The notes beneath the pieces were generated by a model, which had not been told where the DNA came from, did not search any database, and saw nothing but the letters and a program-made list of their open reading frames with translations. The position numbers and the translations under genes are program-made. From the IMG/VR virus record IMGVR_UViG_2721755711_000001: a stretch of DNA of 46,733 nt; one strand, 5' to 3'. This DNA comes from a virus (taxonomy: Duplodnaviria > Heunggongvirae > Uroviricota > Caudoviricetes). Shown here in pieces: positions 41,180 through 46,733 of this stretch (the first letter of the stretch is position 1; each line of letters begins with the position of its first letter).

Positions 41180-41998
41180 ATGCGATTAGCAAGTCGTTTT
41201 GGTTATGCGAACCAGATACGCCGTGACCGTCCGCTGACACATGAAGAGCTGATGCACTATGTACCCGGTATTTTTGGGGAAGACCGGCATACCTCCCGCA
41301 GTGAACGCTATACGTATATCCCCACCATCACCGTGCTGGAAAGTCTGCAGCGGGAGGGCTTTCAGCCCTTCTTCGCCTGTCAGACCCGCGTACGTGACCC
41401 GGGCCGCCGGGAATACACCAAACACATGCTGCGTCTGCGGCGGGCCGGAGAGATAAACGGAGAACATGTCCCTGAAATCATTCTGCTCAACTCCCATGAC
41501 GGTACCTCCAGCTACCAGATGCTGCCGGGTTACTTCAGATTCGTCTGCCAGAATGGCTGCGTCTGCGGTCAGTCTCTGGGGGAAGTGCGTGTTCCACACC
41601 GGGGAAATGTGGTGGAGAAAGTTATCGAAGGGGCTTACGAAGTGGTGGGGGTTTTTGACCGGATTGAGGAAAAGCGTGATGCCATGCAGTCGCTGGTCCT
41701 GCCGCCACCGGCATGCCAGGCGCTGGCACAGGCGGCGCTGACTTACCGTTATGGTGACGAACATCAGCCCGTCACCACCGCCGACATTCTGACGCCACGA
41801 CGCCGGGAGGATTACGGTAAGGACCTGTGGAGTGCTTATCAGACCATCCAGGAGAATATGCTGAAAGGCGGGATTTCCGGTCGCAGTGCAAAAGGAAAAC
41901 GTATCCATACCCGGGCCATTCACAGCATTGATACCGATATTAAGCTCAACCGCGCATTGTGGGTAATGGCAGAAACGCTGCTGGAGAGTATGCGCTGA
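41180..41998 (+). CDS. DUF932-family protein (YfjQ/YafZ-like)
   Basis: Start at MRLASRFG preceded by AAGGAG; family recalled from CP4-type islands. Confidence 0.55.
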   Translation: MRLASRFGYANQIRRDRPLTHEELMHYVPGIFGEDRHTSRSERYTYIPTITVLESLQREGFQPFFACQTRVRDPGRREYTKHMLRLRRAGEINGEHVPEIILLNSHDGTSSYQMLPGYFRFVCQNGCVCGQSLGEVRVPHRGNVVEKVIEGAYEVVGVFDRIEEKRDAMQSLVLPPPACQALAQAALTYRYGDEHQPVTTADILTPRRREDYGKDLWSAYQTIQENMLKGGISGRSAKGKRIHTRAIHSIDTDIKLNRALWVMAETLLESMR

Positions 41999-42243
41999 TG
42001 AAACATATCCCTGAAGGCGTGATTCAGGTACCAGAATCACCCGACGCCCCGGAGGCGCTGCCGGGATGTCGTTCCATTTCTGATGATGACCTGTGCGCCT
42101 GGTGTACCCGTCTGCTTTACCGTCCCGGAGAAATCAGTCTGTGCAGACTGAGTACAGGCAATGGCATCTGGCCATCCGTCTGTGACCGGAACGGTTACGC
42201 GTACGGCTGTCCGGAATTTCAGCCGAATATCATTCATCCCTGA
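41998..42243 (+). CDS. Small Cys-rich hypothetical protein
   Basis: ATG overlaps upstream stop (TGATG). Confidence 0.4.
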   Translation: MKHIPEGVIQVPESPDAPEALPGCRSISDDDLCAWCTRLLYRPGEISLCRLSTGNGIWPSVCDRNGYAYGCPEFQPNIIHP

Positions 42244-42337
42244 TATTACCGGGTCTCACGGTCAGTGATGAACGTGATGTAGTCAGCCCCCCGACCTTTA
42301 CTTCCTCGCATTTATTCACACTACAAGGATTTCACTC

Positions 42338-42817
42338 ATGAAAATCGTTTCTCAGAACACAACTGCTCTTTCTTCAGCCACAGCACCAGGGAATGACCAG
42401 CCCCAACTGGTTGCTACTCCCGTCCCTGATGAACAGCGCATCAGCTTCTGGCCGCAGCATTTTGGCCTCATTCCACAGTGGGTGACCCTGGAGCCCCGTA
42501 TCTTCGGCTGGATGGACCGTCTGTGTGAAGACTACTGCGGTGGTATCTGGAATCTGTACACCCTGAACAACGGTGGCGCATTTATGGCCCCTGAACCGGA
42601 TGACGATAATGACGAAACATGGGTACTGTTCAATGCCATGAACGGTAACCGCGCTGAAATGAGCCCGGAAGCCGCCGGCATTGCCGCCTGTCTGATGGCG
42701 TACAGCCATCATGCCTGCCGTACAGAATGTTATGCCATGACGGTCCATTATTACCGGTTGCGGGATTACGCCCTGCAGCATCCGGAATGCAGCGCCATTA
42801 TGCGCATCATCGACTGA
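42338..42817 (+). CDS. Antirestriction protein (KlcA/ArdB-like, YfjX-family)
   Basis: 159 aa; typical island position upstream of the RadC-like gene; family recalled. Confidence 0.65.
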   Translation: MKIVSQNTTALSSATAPGNDQPQLVATPVPDEQRISFWPQHFGLIPQWVTLEPRIFGWMDRLCEDYCGGIWNLYTLNNGGAFMAPEPDDDNDETWVLFNAMNGNRAEMSPEAAGIAACLMAYSHHACRTECYAMTVHYYRLRDYALQHPECSAIMRIID

Positions 42818-42832
42818 ATGGAGGCAGGGACA

Positions 42833-43309
42833 ATGCAGCAGCTTTCCTTTCTGCCCGGAGAGATGACGCCCGGCGAGCGCAGCCTCATTCTGCGGGCCCT
42901 GAAAACCCTGGACCGCCATCTTCATGAACCCGGCGTGGCCTTCACCTCCACCCGTGCGGCACGGGAATGGCTGATTCTGAACATGGCAGGACTGGAGCGT
43001 GAAGAATTCCGGGTGCTGTATCTGAACAACCAGAATCAGTTGATTGCCGGTGAAACCCTCTTCACCGGCACCATTAACCGCACGGAAGTCCATCCCCGGG
43101 AAGTGATTAAACGCGCCCTGTACCACAATGCCGCTGCCGTGGTGCTGGCACACAATCACCCGTCCGGTGAAGTCACACCCAGTAAGGCAGACCGGCTTCT
43201 CACCGAACGTCTGGTACAGGCACTGGCCCTGGTGGATATCCGGGTGCCGGACCATCTGATAATCGGTGGCAGCCAGGTTTTCTCCTTTGCGGAACACGGT
43301 CTGCTTTAA
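42833..43309 (+). CDS. yeeS: RadC-like JAB/MPN-domain protein (YeeS/YkfG-family)
   Basis: HNHPSG JAMM motif; start at MQQLSF preceded by GGAGG. Confidence 0.8.
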   Translation: MQQLSFLPGEMTPGERSLILRALKTLDRHLHEPGVAFTSTRAAREWLILNMAGLEREEFRVLYLNNQNQLIAGETLFTGTINRTEVHPREVIKRALYHNAAAVVLAHNHPSGEVTPSKADRLLTERLVQALALVDIRVPDHLIIGGSQVFSFAEHGLL

Positions 43310-43377
43310 CCTGTCACCGTCACAACCACATCACACCTGTTTTCACTTTTATCTTCTGTCTTCAGAGGTATCACACT

Positions 43378-43599
43378 ATGAAAATTATCCCCCGAGGTGA
43401 AGCCATGCGTATTCACCAACAGCATCCTGCATCCCGTCTTTTTCCGTTCTGTACCGGTAAGTACCGCTGGCACGGCAGTGCTGAAACGTATACCGGTCGT
43501 GAAGTGCAGGATATTCCCGGTGTGCTGGCCGTGTTTGCCGAACGCCGTAAGGACAGTTTTGGCCCGTATGTCCGGCTGATGAGCGTCACCCTGAACTGA
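43378..43599 (+). CDS. yeeT: DUF987 protein (YeeT-family)
   Basis: MKIIPRGEAMRIHQQHPASRLFPFCTGKYRWHGSAE... closely resembles YeeT as recalled. Confidence 0.7.
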   Translation: MKIIPRGEAMRIHQQHPASRLFPFCTGKYRWHGSAETYTGREVQDIPGVLAVFAERRKDSFGPYVRLMSVTLN

Positions 43600-43613
43600 G
43601 TCAGGGCATTCTG

Positions 43614-44258
43614 ATGAGCAGAATTATCACCACCACCGTGTATACGCTGGATGAACTTTCCTCCCCGGCACGGGAAAAAGCCCGCGACTGGTACCGTCAG
43701 CATCATGCTGACAGCAACTGGTATGAAAACGTGTATGAGGACTTCAGGGCGGTCTGTGGCATTTTCGGAATTGACCTCCGCCAGCGCGTTTTCCGGCTCA
43801 GCAGTGGCAGGTTTATGGAAGAGCCGTGCATCTGGTTCAGCGGATTCTGCAGCCAGGGGGACGGAGCCTGTTTTGAAGGGCTCTGGCACTGGCAGCCAGC
43901 GGCACCCCGGAAAATCAGGGAATATGCCCCGCAGGACCGTGAGCTTCATCGTATCGCGGATGCCCTGCAGGTGGTGCAGAAACGTAACTTCTGGCAGTTG
44001 CAGGCTGAAATCAGTCACCGGGGACGTTACTGCCATCCGTACAGCATGGATATCACGGTTACCCGGAACAGTCCGACTGGTCAGGTAACGACAACCGATG
44101 CGGAAGCCGCAGTCAGTGAAGCCCTGCGCAACCAGGCCTTCTGGTTATACAGTCAACTGGAAAACGAGTACGACTGGCTGACCTCAGATGCCGCTGTGGA
44201 TGAGGCCCTTCTCATCAACGAATACACCTTCACCGAAGCCGGTCTGTGCGCCGGCTGA
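43614..44258 (+). CDS. Hypothetical protein between yeeT-like and cbeA-like genes
   Basis: 214-aa ORF filling the gap exactly; protein-like composition; not recognised. Confidence 0.4.
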   Translation: MSRIITTTVYTLDELSSPAREKARDWYRQHHADSNWYENVYEDFRAVCGIFGIDLRQRVFRLSSGRFMEEPCIWFSGFCSQGDGACFEGLWHWQPAAPRKIREYAPQDRELHRIADALQVVQKRNFWQLQAEISHRGRYCHPYSMDITVTRNSPTGQVTTTDAEAAVSEALRNQAFWLYSQLENEYDWLTSDAAVDEALLINEYTFTEAGLCAG

Positions 44259-44307
44259 CCCGTCATCGTTAAACTATCATTCACCGATTTTCTGTGAGGA
44301 CTTTATC

Positions 44308-44682
44308 GTGTCAGACACATTCTCCGGGACAACTCATCCCGATGACAACAACAGCCGCCCCTGGTGGGGACTGCCCTGCACCGTGACACCCTGTTTCGGC
44401 GTCCGTCTGGTGCAGGAGGGCAATCAGTTGCATTACCTTGCCGACCGCGCCGGTATCAGAGGCCGCTTCAGCGACGTAGATGCATACCATCTGGACCAGG
44501 CCTTTCCGCTGCTGATGAAACAACTGGAACTCATGCTCACCAGCGGTGAACTGAATCCCCGCCATCAGCATACCGTCACACTGTATGCGAAAGGACTGAC
44601 CTGCGATGCCGACACCCTCGGCAGTTGTGGTTACGTTTATCTGGCTGTTTATCCGACACCGGCACCCGCAACCACCTCATAA
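44308..44682 (+). CDS. cbeA: CbeA/YeeU-family type IV antitoxin
   Basis: GTG start with AGGA RBS; [22 protein letters not shown]...[11 protein letters not shown] signature. Confidence 0.85.
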   Translation: MSDTFSGTTHPDDNNSRPWWGLPCTVTPCFGVRLVQEGNQLHYLADRAGIRGRFSDVDAYHLDQAFPLLMKQLELMLTSGELNPRHQHTVTLYAKGLTCDADTLGSCGYVYLAVYPTPAPATTS

Positions 44683-44728
44683 CCCCGAAGCTCTCACCTT
44701 TAGCACTACCAGTTACAGAGAACTTAAG

Positions 44729-45103
44729 ATGAAAACATTATCCGACACACATGTACGGGAGGTATCTCGCTGCCCGTCTCCCGTCACCATCTGGCAGACA
44801 CTGCTCATCCGACTGCTGGACCAGCATTATGGCCTCACACTGAATGACACACCGTTTGCCGATGAACGTGTGATTGAGCAGCATATTGAGGCAGGCATTT
44901 CACTGTGTGATGCAGTTAATTTTCTCGTGGAAAAATACGCGCTGGTGCGTACCGACCAGCCGGGATTCAGCACCTGTCCCCGCTCTCAGTTAATAAACAG
45001 TATTGATATCCTCCGGGCTCGCCGGGCGACCGGCCTGATGACCCGCGACAATTACAGAACGGTAAATAACATTACCCTGGGTAAGTATCCGGAGGCGAAA
45101 TGA
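44729..45103 (+). CDS. cbtA: CbtA/YeeV-family type IV toxin (cytoskeleton-targeting)
   Basis: [52 protein letters not shown] signature. Confidence 0.85.
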   Translation: MKTLSDTHVREVSRCPSPVTIWQTLLIRLLDQHYGLTLNDTPFADERVIEQHIEAGISLCDAVNFLVEKYALVRTDQPGFSTCPRSQLINSIDILRARRATGLMTRDNYRTVNNITLGKYPEAK

Positions 45104-45591
45104 TGAAACTGGCCCTGACACTGGAAGCCGACAGCGTTAACGTACAGGCACTGAACATGGGGCGCATTGTCGTTGACGTCGATGGTGTTAATCTCACTGA
45201 ACTGATTAACAAGGTCGCTGAAAACGGTTATTCACTCCGCGTAGTGGATGAATCCGGCCAACAGTCAACCTGCACACCACCACCGTTTACGGCCCTTGCC
45301 GGCATACGCTGCAGTACCGCACATATCACGGAAAAGGACAACGCCTGGCTGTACTCGCTGTCACATCAGACGAATGACTTCGGCGAATCAGAATGGATTC
45401 ATTTTACAGGTTGCGGATATCTGTTACGTATCGATGCGTGGTCGTACCCGGTTCTGCGACTTAAACGCCTGGGCCTGTCAAAAACGTTTCGTCGTCTGAT
45501 CGTCACGCTCATTCGCCGTTATGGCGTCAGTCTCATTCATCTGGATGCCTGCGCTGAATGTCTGCCGGGTCTGCCCACTTTCGACTGGTAA
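45100..45591 (+). CDS. yeeW: YeeW-like protein downstream of cbtA
   Basis: Overlapping start (ATGA); conserved position in CP4-type islands. Confidence 0.55.
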   Translation: MMKLALTLEADSVNVQALNMGRIVVDVDGVNLTELINKVAENGYSLRVVDESGQQSTCTPPPFTALAGIRCSTAHITEKDNAWLYSLSHQTNDFGESEWIHFTGCGYLLRIDAWSYPVLRLKRLGLSKTFRRLIVTLIRRYGVSLIHLDACAECLPGLPTFDW

Positions 45592-45608
45592 TCAGGGAAA
45601 TTCACAAC

Positions 45609-45806
45609 ATGAAATCATTAACGACAGAAACGGCGCTCGATATTCTGATTGCGTGGCTGCAGGACAATATCGACTGCGAATCGGGAATTATCTTTGACAA
45701 CAATGAGGATAAAACGGATTCGGCAGCACTGCTGCCCCGCATTGAACAGGCCAGGGAAGATATCCATACCCTGCGTCAACTGCAGCTTCTGCAACAGAAC
45801 CAGTGA
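45609..45806 (+). CDS. Small hypothetical protein
   Basis: ATG of MKSLTTE within ORF 45558..45806. Confidence 0.35.
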   Translation: MKSLTTETALDILIAWLQDNIDCESGIIFDNNEDKTDSAALLPRIEQAREDIHTLRQLQLLQQNQ

Positions 45807-45890
45807 GTCTTACTCACCAGACTTCATTCCACTGACGCCAGCCTGAGCAGGGCTGGCGTTTTCATTTATCCGCAAAAAGGAATATCGATT

Positions 45891-46733
45891 ATGTCTGATA
45901 TCACAGCCTCTCGTCCGGAAGTTGTCAACGGGCATACGGACGTTATCTGCTCAACCAGTATCCGCCACATTCTGGCTGTACGAAAAAGTACACTGCTGCA
46001 AATCGACACACTTATCCGGCAACTGGCTGAAATCTCAGCAATGACAGAAAGTATTGGCGGTAAAACCGCACTGGACTGGGCGATGAAACAGGATTTTCGC
46101 TGTGGCTGCTGGCTCATGGAGAAACCTGAAACGGCAATGAAAGCCATCACACACAATCTCGATCGTGAAATCTGGCGTGACCTGATGCAACGTTCCGGGA
46201 TGCTTTCCTTAATGGATGCACAGGCCCGTGAGACATGGTACCGGTCACTGGAGTACGATAATTTTCCGGAAATCAGCGAAGCGAACATCCTGAGCACATT
46301 TGAACAACTGCACCAGAATAAGGATGAGGTGTTTGAGCGAGGGGTGATCAACGTCTTCAGAGGGCTGAACTGGAATTACAAAACCAATTGCCCCTGTAAA
46401 TTTGGCAGTAAAATTATCGTCAACAATCTGGTGAGATGGGATCGGTGGGGATTTCATCTTATCACCGGACAACAGGCTGACCGACTCGCCGATCTGGAAA
46501 GAATGTTGCACCTGTTCAGCGGTAAACCAATCCCCGACAACCGGGAAAACATCACTATTCGTCTGGATGATCACATTCAGTCTGTTCAGGGTAAAGAGAG
46601 CTATGAAGATGAGATGTTCAGCATCAGATACTTTAAGAAGGGCTCCGCGCATATCACGTTCAGAAAACCAGAACTGGTTGACAGACTGAATGATATTATC
46701 GCAAAACACTATCCTGATATGCTGGCAGTATAG
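45891..46733 (+). CDS. DUF4942-family protein (island-associated)
   Basis: 280-aa ORF ending with TAG at the window end; family recalled. Confidence 0.55.
   Translation: MSDITASRPEVVNGHTDVICSTSIRHILAVRKSTLLQIDTLIRQLAEISAMTESIGGKTALDWAMKQDFRCGCWLMEKPETAMKAITHNLDREIWRDLMQRSGMLSLMDAQARETWYRSLEYDNFPEISEANILSTFEQLHQNKDEVFERGVINVFRGLNWNYKTNCPCKFGSKIIVNNLVRWDRWGFHLITGQQADRLADLERMLHLFSGKPIPDNRENITIRLDDHIQSVQGKESYEDEMFSIRYFKKGSAHITFRKPELVDRLNDIIAKHYPDMLAV

Noticed and set aside
41186-42040. 284-aa minus-strand ORF; similarly 42374..43297 and 43413..44036
   Set aside because: They are antisense to the DUF932, antirestriction, RadC-like and yeeT-like genes, and their translations lack protein-like features.

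Overview
This 46.7 kb window reads as Escherichia/Shigella-type accessory genome, a mosaic of degraded mobile DNA rather than core chromosome. Left to right: (1) 1-5150, acquired cargo: a possible polymorphic-toxin fragment, an Ail/Lom-family outer-membrane protein, a frameshifted NERD/helicase pseudogene and an AT-rich secreted M13 metallopeptidase. (2) 5375-6300, nested IS remnants (IS3-family end inserted into a truncated IS110-family transposase). (3) 6411-9390, an SPFH lipoprotein module, an unknown 194-aa gene and a translationally coupled two-gene operon with its own consensus promoter, sitting immediately downstream of a phage cI repressor (the lambda rexAB position). (4) 9536-21988, a lambdoid prophage remnant: cI, cro, AntA/Rha-like regulators, a higBA module, an AT-rich SWIM zinc-finger moron, O-like replication gene with internal iterons, DnaC-like loader, DnaB-like helicase, Q antiterminator, porin and an orphan DNA methyltransferase. 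(5) 22085-23330, the most unusual structure: two diverged copies of a phage tRNA/late-leader segment arranged head-to-head around a near-perfect palindrome centred at 22715/22716. The right arm continues into a second, oppositely oriented lambdoid fragment (ybcN-like, ybcO-like, putative Q, tR'-like terminator, tRNA-Thr and tRNA-Gly). (6) 25955-33000, a hok-type type I toxin, unknown small genes, an IS2-like orfA remnant, a degenerate YdiV-like EAL protein, a T-rich region with GATC-containing inverted repeats upstream of a lipoprotein, and an apparently intact IS481-family element inserted into an IS2 right-end remnant. (7) 33634-46733, a CP4-44-like island: YeeP-like GTPase, the three-GATC Ag43 switch, Ag43 autotransporter, YeeR-like membrane protein, DUF932, antirestriction, RadC-like, YeeT-like, cbeA/cbtA and DUF4942 genes. 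No lysis or structural phage genes are present, so both prophage copies are remnants. All calls rest on reading the sequence and translations by eye; no database search was run.
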